Part shown: piece by piece, positions 9,228-16,750 of the stretch
How the letters are laid out: every line of letters starts with the position of its first letter
How positions within the stretch are numbered: the stretch's first letter is position 1
Assembly (NCBI GenBank): GCA_041492755.1
Contig: JBGPXN010000092.1
Span: forward strand, 1 to 16,766
Reading direction: 5' to 3'
Length of the DNA: 16,766 nucleotides
Origin: Candidatus Methylomirabilia bacterium
GTDB lineage: Bacteria > Methylomirabilota > Methylomirabilia > Rokubacteriales > CSP1-6
Made by a program: the position numbers and the translations under genes
Notes under the pieces: model-generated
The model's input: the letters and a program-made list of their open reading frames with translations, nothing else
The model's database searches: none
What the model was told of the DNA's origin: nothing

Positions 9228-9715
9228 CGTGGGCGCCCCGCCGCGGCCGGCGCCATGCGGAGCGCCGCCAGCTCCACCGCGTCCAGGATCTTCGTGTAGC
9301 CGGTGCAGCGGCAGAGATTGCCCGCCAGCGCCGCCTTGATTTCGTCGCGCGTCGGGCTCGCGGACGCGGCAAGCAGCGCCTCGGCGGTCAGCAAGATCCC
9401 CGGCGTGCAGTAGCCGCACTGGGCGGCACCGAGCTCGGCGAACGCCTGCTGGAGCGGATGCAGCGTTCCGCCGTCGGCCATGCCCTCGACGGTCTTGACG
9501 GTGCGCCCCTCCATTTCGACGGGCAGGACCAGACACGACAGGACGGGCTCACCATCGACCAGCACCGTGCACGTCCCGCACTCTCCGAGCTCGCAGCCGT
9601 GCTTCGTCCCGGTGAGGTTCAGGTCTTCGCGCAGGACCTCGAGGAGCGTCTTGTGGACGGCGACGAGCACCTCACGGGTTTCGCCGTTCACGGTCAGGCT
9701 CAGGCGCGCCTTCAT
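9224..9715 (-). CDS. hcrC: 2x[2Fe-2S] small subunit (HcrC/CoxS type)
   Basis: TGTKHGCELGECGTCTV...LSC and QCGYCTPG...NLCRCTGY. GGAG RBS 5 nt upstream. Confidence 0.88.
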   Translation of the reverse strand: MKARLSLTVNGETREVLVAVHKTLLEVLREDLNLTGTKHGCELGECGTCTVLVDGEPVLSCLVLPVEMEGRTVKTVEGMADGGTLHPLQQAFAELGAAQCGYCTPGILLTAEALLAASASPTRDEIKAALAGNLCRCTGYTKILDAVELAALRMAPAAAGRPR

Positions 9716-9780
9716 GCGGACTCCATCGTCCTGGGTTGTCGTCCGGTGGCCGGACGGCGTCGACTCGACGCGTCCGCCGG

Positions 9781-9806
9781 TTAATGCCTGCTTAAGGCTG
9801 GTTTAA
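9781..9806. promoter_or_regulatory. Candidate operator: three TTAA motifs phased at 11 bp over the -10/TSS region
   Basis: TTAA at 9781, 9792 and 9803 (TTAA-N7-TTAA-N7-TTAA), in one of the very few AT-rich patches of the window. Confidence 0.5.
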
Positions 9807-9834
9807 AAATACTGAATCGCCCGGGGGCTGTCAA
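9806..9834 (-). promoter_or_regulatory. Sigma70-type promoter of the hcr-box operon
   Basis: Minus strand TTGACA (9834-9829), 17-nt spacer, TATTTT (9811-9806). Confidence 0.75.
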
Positions 9835-10011
9835 CGGGTCTGGTGCGTGAATGACCCCGGCCGCGGTGCGGTTCCAGCCGGCGTCCGATGCGCGGTTCCG
9901 CGCGCGGGGCGGGCGATCCACTGGCCCGGTCGTTGCACTTTACCGGCGGCATCCGTGCTGAGCGCAGCGGCGCGCTTGGCCGGCAAGGAGGTGACGGATC
10001 TCGGGTGCGCC

Positions 10012-10017
10012 TATAAT
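10012..10017 (+). promoter_or_regulatory. -10 box of a probable leaderless transcript
   Basis: TATAAT followed by 7 nt and then ATG 10025. No SD sequence at usable spacing. Confidence 0.6.
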
Positions 10018-10024
10018 CCGCGCC

Positions 10025-10921
10025 ATGCCCTACGCGAAGACCGACGACGGAGTTCGGATCTACTACGAGGAGCATGGGAGCGGGACGCCGCTCGTGCTGG
10101 CGTACGGGATCGGCGGGAACGCCGACCTGTGGGACGTCAACGTGCCGGCGCTGGCGGCGCGGCATCGGCTGATCCTGTGGGAGCCGCGCGGGCATGCGCG
10201 CTCCGACAGTCCGGAAGATCCGGCGAAGTACTCCTTCGCGCGATGGGTGCTGGACCTGCGCGACCTCCTCGATCACCTGCGCATCCGCCGGGCCCACGTG
10301 GGCGGGCTGTCGCTGGGCGCCGGGATCGCCACGCGCTTCACCCTGCGCTTTCCGGCGCGCGTTCTCTCACTGCTCGTGACCAACTCTTCGTCCGCGGCCG
10401 GACTGCCGCTCTCGGTCGAGAATCTCGTCATGCGGGCGCAGAGCATCCAGGTCACGCTCAGCATGGGCATGGAGGCGATGGCCGAGTTCGCCATGGCCAG
10501 CAATCCCAACGTGGCGGCCCGACTCGCGCTCGATCCCTCGAGCAAGGACGAGTTCTACGCGTATTACCGGCGGCTCACGCCGATCGGTTACGCAAATTCG
10601 CTGCGGGCGCTGCTCGCCATGGACTACATCACCCCGGACTTACCGCGCATCCGCGTGCCGGTGCTCTTGATCGGCGGCGCCCAGGACCCGTCGCTCGGGC
10701 CCATGAACGTCATGCACAGCAAGGTCCGCGGTTCGCGCATGGTCGTGCTCTCCCCGGCCAGCCACTTCGGCAACCGCGACCAGCCGGAGGCCTGGAACGG
10801 CGCCACCCTGGACTTCCTCGCCCTCGTGGACCGTAGGCCGGCCGGCCGCCCGGCGCGTACGCGGAAGGCGGCGGCCCGCCCGTCGCGGCCAGCCAGCCCT
10901 CGGAGCGCGAAACGCCGATAG
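10025..10921 (+). CDS. Alpha/beta-fold hydrolase (PcaD/enol-lactonase-like)
   Basis: IYYEEHGSGTPLVL, PRGHARSD, nucleophile elbow GLSLG, candidate acid in GAQDP and His in ASHFGN. Basic C-terminal tail. Confidence 0.9.
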   Translation: MPYAKTDDGVRIYYEEHGSGTPLVLAYGIGGNADLWDVNVPALAARHRLILWEPRGHARSDSPEDPAKYSFARWVLDLRDLLDHLRIRRAHVGGLSLGAGIATRFTLRFPARVLSLLVTNSSSAAGLPLSVENLVMRAQSIQVTLSMGMEAMAEFAMASNPNVAARLALDPSSKDEFYAYYRRLTPIGYANSLRALLAMDYITPDLPRIRVPVLLIGGAQDPSLGPMNVMHSKVRGSRMVVLSPASHFGNRDQPEAWNGATLDFLALVDRRPAGRPARTRKAAARPSRPASPRSAKRR

Positions 10922-10948
10922 CCCTCCGCGCTCTATGACTCGGAGGGC
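10921..10948. terminator. Hairpin between the convergent hydrolase and adenosyltransferase genes
   Basis: 8-bp inverted repeat GCCCTCCG (10921-10928) / CGGAGGGC (10941-10948) filling the short gap between the two stop codons. No U-tract. Confidence 0.45.
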
Positions 10949-10950
10949 GC

Positions 10951-11574
10951 TTACTCCGCGCGTTTGCGGCGAGGGCGACCGTGGGAGGCGAGGCCGCGCT
11001 CCCAGAGATACTCTTTTTCGCCGAGGTGGCGGGCCACCCATCGGCTCAGGACGAAGAGGAGGTCGCTCAGGCGGTTGACGTAGCGGAGCGGCCACTCGCC
11101 GATTGCTTCCGCACGCGAGAGGGCCAGGACCTCGCGCTCGGCGCGGCGGCACACCGTGCGCGCCTGGTGCAGGAACGCATTGACGCGGCCGCCGCCGGGC
11201 AGCACGAACGACTTGAGCGGCGCCAGGTCCTTCTGGCAGCCATCCATCAGCTTCTCGAGCTCCGTCACCTGCGCCGGCCCTACGTGAAACATGCCCTCGT
11301 ACGCCGACTCCGGTGGGGTGGCGAGCTCGCTGCCGAGATCGAAGAGCTCGTTCTGGATGCGGCGGAGCACCTCGTCGAGCCAGCGATGGTGCTCGCCGGC
11401 GTCGAGCCGCTCTTCGTTGAACGTGCGGGCCAGACCGATGACGGCGTTGAGCTCGTCGAGGGTGCCGTAGGCCACGATGCGGGGCGAGTCCTTGGGCACC
11501 CGCTTGCCGCCCACCAGCGCGGTTTCCCCGCGATCGCCCGTGCGCGTGTAGACCCGAGTGATGCTGATCGGCAT
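10951..11574 (-). CDS. pduO: PduO-type ATP:cob(I)alamin adenosyltransferase
   Basis: VYTRTGDRGET, AYGTLDELNA, IQNELFDLGSELATP, FVLPGG, LHQARTVCRRAER, YVNRLSDLLFVLSR. Start reassigned to ATG 11574, which has a G-rich RBS and a TAGAAT -10 box at 11606-11601. Confidence 0.93.
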   Translation of the reverse strand: MPISITRVYTRTGDRGETALVGGKRVPKDSPRIVAYGTLDELNAVIGLARTFNEERLDAGEHHRWLDEVLRRIQNELFDLGSELATPPESAYEGMFHVGPAQVTELEKLMDGCQKDLAPLKSFVLPGGGRVNAFLHQARTVCRRAEREVLALSRAEAIGEWPLRYVNRLSDLLFVLSRWVARHLGEKEYLWERGLASHGRPRRKRAE

Positions 11575-11600
11575 GACGTCCCCCCGTGCCGCGTGCCGGT

Positions 11601-11636
11601 ATTCTACTTGAAGCCGTTGCGACGCTCGCGCATGAT
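11601..11636. promoter_or_regulatory. Overlapping divergent promoters for pduO and the MFS gene
   Basis: Plus strand: TTGAAG (11608-11613), 17 nt, CATGAT (11631-11636), 6 nt, GTG. Minus strand: TAGAAT at 11606-11601. Confidence 0.55.
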
Positions 11637-11642
11637 CGGGGC

Positions 11643-12851
11643 GTGAAGACACGACCGCGGGCCGTGCTCACCGCCGCGGCCGGCGCGCATTTCGTCCACG
11701 ACGGCTTCTCCGAATCCGTCTACATCTTCCTGCCGCTGTGGGCCGCCGAGTTCGGCCTCAGCTTCGTCCAGGTCGGCATCGTGCGCACCGCCTATAGTGG
11801 TGCCATGGCGCTGTTCCAGCTCCCGGCCGGCTTTCTCGCCGAGCGCTGGGGCGAGCGTCGACTTCTCGCCGCCGGGACCGCGGTGACCGCGCTCGGGTTC
11901 ATCGCCGCCGGATGGGCGGGCACCTTCCTTCCGCTCCTCGCCATCCTCGCGATCGCCGGCCTGGGGTCGGGGGTGCAGCATCCGCTGTCGTCGTCGCTCG
12001 TCTCGCGAGCATATGAGGCCGGCGGGCGCCGCGCCGCGCTCGGGACGTACAACTTCTCCGGTGATCTCGGCAAGGTGGCGGCCGCGGCCACCGTCGCGGC
12101 CGTCGCGGCCACGGCCGGCTGGCGGGCGGCGGGCGCCGGCTCCGGCGTGCTCGGGATCGTGGCCGCCGTCGTGATCCTCGTGACGCTCACGCGGCTGGGC
12201 AGCGGCGCCCGGCCGTCGCGCGAAACCGCCGCCGCCGCCCTTCCCCCAAACGGCTGGGGGATTCGCGACCCTCGCGGCTTCGCCGCGCTCGCCTCCGTCG
12301 GGATCATCGACAACGGCACCCGGAGCGGGTTCCTGACCTTCCTGCCCTTCGTGCTGATGTCCAAGGGCGCGACCGTCGCCACCGTCGGCCTGGCCTTCTC
12401 GCTGGTGTTCGCCGGCGGCGCCACTGGCAAATTCGTCTGTGGCCTGGCCGCCGAGCGCATCGGGGTCATTCGCACGGTGGTGATCACGGAGCTCGCGACG
12501 ACGATCGGCATCCTCACCCTGGTGTCGTCGCCGCTGCCGGTCGCCTTGGCCATCCTGCCGTTGCTGGGGATCGCGCTGAACGGCACCTCGTCGGTGCTGT
12601 ACGGGACCGTCGCCGATCTCGTGACGCCGGAGCGCCAGTCGCGCGCGTACGGCCTCTACTACACGCTCGGCATCGGCGCGTCCGCACTCGCCCCGTCGCT
12701 CTACGGACTGCTCGCGGACCTCGTCGGTCCCCGCGGCACCGTGGTGGCGGTGTCGCTGGTCGTGCTCATCACGATCCCGCTCTGTCTCGCCCTGCGGGCC
12801 GCGGTCACGGCGCCCGCCGCGCCGCGCCCCGTCGGTTCCTCCGCCGGCTGA
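11643..12851 (+). CDS. MFS transporter (Fsr/YfcJ-like)
   Basis: AHFVHDG in the first helix, motif-A-like GFLAERWGERR and GLAAERIG, GSGVQHP, and many hydrophobic segments. GTG 11643 is the most plausible start. Confidence 0.88.
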   Translation: MKTRPRAVLTAAAGAHFVHDGFSESVYIFLPLWAAEFGLSFVQVGIVRTAYSGAMALFQLPAGFLAERWGERRLLAAGTAVTALGFIAAGWAGTFLPLLAILAIAGLGSGVQHPLSSSLVSRAYEAGGRRAALGTYNFSGDLGKVAAAATVAAVAATAGWRAAGAGSGVLGIVAAVVILVTLTRLGSGARPSRETAAAALPPNGWGIRDPRGFAALASVGIIDNGTRSGFLTFLPFVLMSKGATVATVGLAFSLVFAGGATGKFVCGLAAERIGVIRTVVITELATTIGILTLVSSPLPVALAILPLLGIALNGTSSVLYGTVADLVTPERQSRAYGLYYTLGIGASALAPSLYGLLADLVGPRGTVVAVSLVVLITIPLCLALRAAVTAPAAPRPVGSSAG

Positions 12852-12911
12852 CCGCGAATCAGACCGCGCCGTCTTTCGGGCGCCGGCGGGCGGGCGTCAG
12901 CGAAGCCGGGC

Positions 12912-13853
12912 TCACTGCCCTCCGAAGGAAAACGTCGTCCCCACCGAGCTCACCACCGTCCGCCCCGGCAGGCGATGGTGCAGCGCGATGATCGCCTCGA
13001 TGCCGGTGCAGTGCTGCGGAACGACGTGGTCGACGCCCAGCTCGCGAAACGCGTCCACGACCCGGGTGATGCGGTCCTCCGGCAGCCCGCTGAGATGGAA
13101 TCCGCCGATCACCGCGTGGATCTTGGGGACGCCCGTGATGCGGACGGCGTTCCGGCAGATGCCGACGATGCCGCGATGGGAGCACGAGGTGACGACGACG
13201 AGCCCGCGGCCTCGCACGTCCGCGACGAGCGCCTGCTCGCCGATGAAGGTGTCCGGAGCCACCTCGCCGTCCCGTTCCGCCAGGAAGCTGGCCGGAATCG
13301 GCTCGAACGGCTCCGGCGCCGGCATCTCGCCGCTCGCGAGCAGGCCGTCGGCAATGACCGTCGGCTCGCGTACCGTCTCCACGCGCACGTCGTAGCGCTC
13401 GATGTCCCGACGGTCGAGGCGGCCGATGTAGACACGGTCGCCCTCGCGCTCGTTGAAGCGCGGCAGGAAGTGGTCCTCGCCCGCGTACAGCGTCAGGGGC
13501 TTGCGCATGAACCGGCGGTGCGCGTGCAGAAAGCCCATGAGTCCGCCGAAATGGTCGCGATGGCCGTGGCTCAGCGCCAGGGCGTCGATCGTCCGTGGAT
13601 CGATGCCGAGCTCGCGCACATTGTGATTCAGGGCGGCGTCGGTCTGGCCGAAATCGAACAGGATCCGGCTCGTCGAGCCGCCCCGCGTGACCTCGACCAG
13701 GTGGGCCAGCCCGTGCTCGGCCCGGAGGTCGGTCATCTTCCGGGCGACGGCCTGGCTGAACCTCCGCGCGACCGGCTCGTCGCGCCGGAGGGCGTCGATA
13801 TAGTTGTCGACGACGGTGGTGATCGCGATCCGGTCGATCTCGGGCAGGATCAG
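12912..13853 (-). CDS. MBL-fold metallo-hydrolase (family usually annotated as 7,8-dihydropterin-6-yl-methyl-4-(beta-D-ribofuranosyl)aminobenzene 5'-phosphate synthase-like); probable CTG start
   Basis: AEHGL, ILFDFG, SHGHRDHFGG, TSCSHRGI, GGFHL, PQHCTG. The frame stays open upstream of the track ATG (13736) and encodes LPEIDRIAITTVVDNYID. GGAGG lies 5 nt before CTG at 13853. Confidence 0.85.
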   Translation of the reverse strand: MILPEIDRIAITTVVDNYIDALRRDEPVARRFSQAVARKMTDLRAEHGLAHLVEVTRGGSTSRILFDFGQTDAALNHNVRELGIDPRTIDALALSHGHRDHFGGLMGFLHAHRRFMRKPLTLYAGEDHFLPRFNEREGDRVYIGRLDRRDIERYDVRVETVREPTVIADGLLASGEMPAPEPFEPIPASFLAERDGEVAPDTFIGEQALVADVRGRGLVVVTSCSHRGIVGICRNAVRITGVPKIHAVIGGFHLSGLPEDRITRVVDAFRELGVDHVVPQHCTGIEAIIALHHRLPGRTVVSSVGTTFSFGGQ

Positions 13854-13891
13854 GTTGACCTCCGGTGGAAGCCGTCAGAGGTCAACGGCTC
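13854..13891 (-). promoter_or_regulatory. Alternative hairpins covering or releasing the SD of the MBL gene
   Basis: The 9-bp inverted repeat GTTGACCTC/GAGGTCAAC (13886-13878, 13862-13854) pairs the SD. A competing stem GAGCCGTT/GACGGCTT overlaps its 5' arm and the upstream stop codon. Confidence 0.5.
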
Positions 13892-15005
13892 ACGTCAGGT
13901 AGAAGGGCCGGGCCGCCGCGCGGTCGTAAGGATAGCGCGTGAGGGCTTGTGGATTGGGGTCGGCACCGAGGCCGGGCCGCTCGCTCACGCCCACGAGGCC
14001 GGCGCGGCACACCGGCGGATCGAGGAGCAGTGGCGCCTCGAGATCCCCCGGCGGGAACTCCACGAACGGCACCCCCGCGGTCGCCGCGGCCAGATGCAGC
14101 GTCGCCGCCAATCCGGGACCGAAGTAGTACGAGTGCGGGACGAACGTCACGTTGGCGGCGGCCGCGAGTACCGCGATCTTCCGCATCTCGGTGAGCCCGC
14201 CGACTTTGGTGACGCTCGGCTGCACGATGTCGGCGGCGCCGGCGGCGAGGATCTCCCGGAAGCCGAACACGGTCGCGTCGTTCTCGCCGCATGCGATGGG
14301 GATGCGCAGCGCGGCACGCACGCGGGCAAGCCCGGCGTAGTCCTCCGGTGGCCACACCGGCTCTTCCAGCCAGCGCAGATTGAACGGCTCCAGGCGCCGC
14401 CCGACGTCGATCGCCTCTTCGACCGACCATGGGCAGTTGGTGTCGAGCATCAGCGCGACCCCTTCACCCACGACGTCACGGGCGACGGCCACCGAGTCGA
14501 CGTCGATCTGGTGCAGCTTGATCGCCCGGTAGCCCTGGGCGATGGTGGCGGCACACGCGCGCCCGACCTCCGACGGCGTCGCATACCGTAGCAGGCTGGC
14601 GTACGCCGTCGTCTGCGGGCGGCAGAGACCACCGAGCAGCTGGTAGACGGGCACGCCGCGCGCCTTGCCCGCGAGGTCCCAGAGCGCGATGTCGATGCCG
14701 CTCAGGGCGCACATGGCGAGCCCGCGCCGTCCCCAGATCATCAGCGCGTGCTGCAGCTCGCCGGTGAGCCGCTCGATCTGCGCGGGGTCCTGGCCGACGA
14801 GGAGGGGGGCCAGCGCCTCGTCGACGACGTTGCAGACGGCCAGGGGCGCGCCGTACGCGAAGCATTCGCCCCAGCCGACGACACCGTCGTCGGTCGCGAT
14901 CCGGACCAGCACCTGCTTGCCCACCCCGCCCGCCCACGGCGAGGCCGGCACCTGCGCGCGCAACGGAATCGCCAGCGCAATCGCCCGAACCTCGCTGATC
15001 TTCAC
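13890..15005 (-). CDS. Mandelate racemase/muconate lactonizing enzyme (enolase superfamily) protein
   Basis: ALSGIDIALWDLAGKARGVPVYQLLGG, metal ligands in LMLDTN, WLEEP and CGEN, catalytic-position FVPHS, and KLH in place of the usual KxK. GTG start with GGAG RBS. Confidence 0.93.
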   Translation of the reverse strand: MKISEVRAIALAIPLRAQVPASPWAGGVGKQVLVRIATDDGVVGWGECFAYGAPLAVCNVVDEALAPLLVGQDPAQIERLTGELQHALMIWGRRGLAMCALSGIDIALWDLAGKARGVPVYQLLGGLCRPQTTAYASLLRYATPSEVGRACAATIAQGYRAIKLHQIDVDSVAVARDVVGEGVALMLDTNCPWSVEEAIDVGRRLEPFNLRWLEEPVWPPEDYAGLARVRAALRIPIACGENDATVFGFREILAAGAADIVQPSVTKVGGLTEMRKIAVLAAAANVTFVPHSYYFGPGLAATLHLAAATAGVPFVEFPPGDLEAPLLLDPPVCRAGLVGVSERPGLGADPNPQALTRYPYDRAAARPFYLT

Positions 15006-15024
15006 CGGGTCTCCAGCACACGCC

Positions 15025-15246
15025 GCAGGCCGATCAAACGGGCCCAGATGCTAGGCGGCGACGAGCGACGACTGAGTACATGGGGGGCCCCGATATGGCC
15101 CCCCATACCCCCCAATCGCTCGGCAGCGCCCCGGCAAAGCCGTGGCGCTCCTCGAATTCCCTCACAACCTCTGAGACGTGGCCCGGCCACGTCGCAGGGA
15201 GGAGCGAGGAGCCAACGACACAGATGGGCCCGTTTCATCGGCCTGC
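15025..15246. mobile_element. MITE-like element (222 bp) with 22-bp terminal inverted repeats
   Basis: The left end GCAGGCCGATCAAACGGGCCCA (15025-15046) matches the reverse complement of the right end, GCAGGCCGATGAAACGGGCCCA (15246-15225), at 21/22 positions. Internal hairpin GACGTGGC-CCG-GCCACGTC (15175-15193). No transposase and no clear flanking TSD. Confidence 0.72.
15080..15155 (+). repeat. Palindromic dispersed repeat, copy D (nested in the MITE-like element)
   Basis: ATGGGGGGCC-CCGATAT-GGCCCCCCAT-ACCCCCCAATCGCTCGGCA-GCGCCCCGGCAAAGCCGTGGCGC-TCCTCGA. Confidence 0.92.
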
Positions 15247-16737
15247 CTATAGATCGCCGAGGCCGTACTCGGTCCACCGCTCGCGCACACGCGCCTCGTC
15301 CTCCGGCGCCGGCCGTACCGTGGGTGGGAAACGCTCGTTGTCCCATTCCTTGCGCTTCTGCATGCGCCAGGAGCGGGTGGCGTCGATGAGCATGCGGTTC
15401 CAGAGTCCGGTGCCGAGCTGAGCGACGTCACGGTCTTCCGGCGGCGTGCTGGGATCGATGGGCGAGCCGAAGATTCCGGGAAAGATCACGATGCCTTCCT
15501 GCCCCGCGTTCACGCGATGGGCGAATGCCCAATCGATCTGCTCGTACGACGCGGGATCGATGTCCTCCTCGACCACGATCACGTGCTTGTACCGGTACTG
15601 GGCGGCGGCAGCGCCCCAGAGCGCGGCCGCGATCTGCTTGGGCTGACCCTGGTAATGCTTGCGGATCTGCACGACGACGTTCACGCCGTTGGTGATCGGG
15701 TGCACGTACACGTCGCAGATGCCGGGGATACCGGCGCCGGTGAGGATGTTCCAGGCGATGGCCGCGCGCTGCACCGACGACATCACGCTGTTCTCGCTGT
15801 AGGAGCCGGGCAGCGTGCCTTCCAGGCAGCCGCGGAAGATCGCGTCGTCGCGGTGGGTGATGCACGTCACCTTCATGGTCGGCCGCGGCGTCGGGACGTC
15901 GGAGACGTAACCGGTGAATTCGCCGAACGGGCCCTCGAGCTCCCAGCTGCTCTCGTCGTCGGAGATGACGCCTTCCAGCACGATCTCCGCGGTCGCCGGC
16001 ACTTCGAGATCGACCGTCTCGCAGCGCACGAGCTCCGCCGGCTCCCCCCGGTAGCCGCCCATGACGTCCCATTCGCAGACGTTGGCCGGCACCGGAGAGC
16101 CGGCGAGGAACGGCATGATGGGATCCCAGCCGACGACGCACGCGACCGGCATCGGCTCGCCGCGCGCCCCGTACTTCACGAAGTGCTGGCCCCAGTGCTG
16201 CCCGCCCTTGATCAGCAGCATGGGCGTGGTGTCCGGGCGGCCGATCATCCCGCGATAGATACCCACGTTCATGAGGCGCGTGTCGGGATCGCGGGTGACG
16301 ATGCAGGAAAAGGTGTGGATGTAGCGCCCGCCCTCCCGGTAGTGCCACTTGGGGACCGGGAACACCGTCTGGTCGACGTCGGCGCCGCGCAGCACGTGAT
16401 CCTTCACCGGGCCCGTCCGCACGACCACGGGGGCGACGGTCTCGCGGTTCTTCTGCATGACGTAGCCGGCCAGCTCGCGGTTGGAGGCGTCCTTCGGGAA
16501 GCCGAGGGCCAGGGCCAGCCGCCGGCGATCGCCGAGGCCGCCGGTGAAGAGCCTGGTGGAGCGACCGCGCTGATAGCCCTTGATGTTCTCGAAGAGCAGC
16601 GCGGGCCCCTTCTTCTCGAGCACGCGACGCGCGATCGCTCCGATCTCCCGATCCCAGTCCACCTCGGCCGAGATCCGCCGCAGCTCCCCTTCCTTCTCGA
16701 GCACGCCCATCCACTGCCGCATGTCCATGAACGCCAT
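15247..16737 (-). CDS. UbiD-family prFMN-dependent (de)carboxylase
   Basis: GPALLFENIKGY, PVPKWH..EGGRYI, NVGIYR (catalytic Arg), VPATAEIVLEG, EGPFGEFTGY (catalytic Glu motif), VIVVEEDIDP, IDAT. Confidence 0.93.
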   Translation of the reverse strand: MAFMDMRQWMGVLEKEGELRRISAEVDWDREIGAIARRVLEKKGPALLFENIKGYQRGRSTRLFTGGLGDRRRLALALGFPKDASNRELAGYVMQKNRETVAPVVVRTGPVKDHVLRGADVDQTVFPVPKWHYREGGRYIHTFSCIVTRDPDTRLMNVGIYRGMIGRPDTTPMLLIKGGQHWGQHFVKYGARGEPMPVACVVGWDPIMPFLAGSPVPANVCEWDVMGGYRGEPAELVRCETVDLEVPATAEIVLEGVISDDESSWELEGPFGEFTGYVSDVPTPRPTMKVTCITHRDDAIFRGCLEGTLPGSYSENSVMSSVQRAAIAWNILTGAGIPGICDVYVHPITNGVNVVVQIRKHYQGQPKQIAAALWGAAAAQYRYKHVIVVEEDIDPASYEQIDWAFAHRVNAGQEGIVIFPGIFGSPIDPSTPPEDRDVAQLGTGLWNRMLIDATRSWRMQKRKEWDNERFPPTVRPAPEDEARVRERWTEYGLGDL

Positions 16738-16744
16738 GCGCGGA

Positions 16745-16750
16745 ATGATA
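16745..16750 (-). promoter_or_regulatory. -10 box of a probable leaderless UbiD transcript
   Basis: Minus strand TATCAT, 7 nt, then ATG 16737, with no SD. The -35 position would fall outside the window. Confidence 0.5.

Noticed and set aside
6778..9372. 888-aa alternative-frame ORF and other long overlapping or antisense ORFs (e.g. 1971-3185, 3602-4777, 5558-6865, 12975-14591, 15428-16714)
   Set aside because: Shadow ORFs expected from high GC and strong codon bias. They have no recognisable motifs and overlap well-supported genes.
9228..9536. N-terminal extension of the 920-aa Mo subunit ORF
   Set aside because: It overlaps hcrC in another frame with low-complexity Arg/Gly sequence. ATG 9227 forms a clean ATGA overlap.
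9781..9806. TTAA-N7-TTAA as a CtrA box
   Set aside because: It matches the alphaproteobacterial CtrA consensus, but nothing here indicates an alphaproteobacterium or a cell-cycle gene. Kept only as a generic operator candidate.
11575..11642. Cobalamin riboswitch upstream of pduO, or a B12-dependent step in the cluster
   Set aside because: The intergenic gap is only 68 nt and is filled by divergent promoter elements. No B12-dependent enzyme is in the window.
12852..12911. Terminator between the convergent MFS and MBL genes
   Set aside because: Only short, imperfect GC stems and no U-tract; not distinguishable from background.
15080..15421. ORFs beginning MGGP(D/E)MAPH (also 774-1214 minus and 4859-5212)
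   Set aside because: The ATGs come from the palindromic repeat itself, so the shared peptide reflects repeat DNA rather than a protein family.
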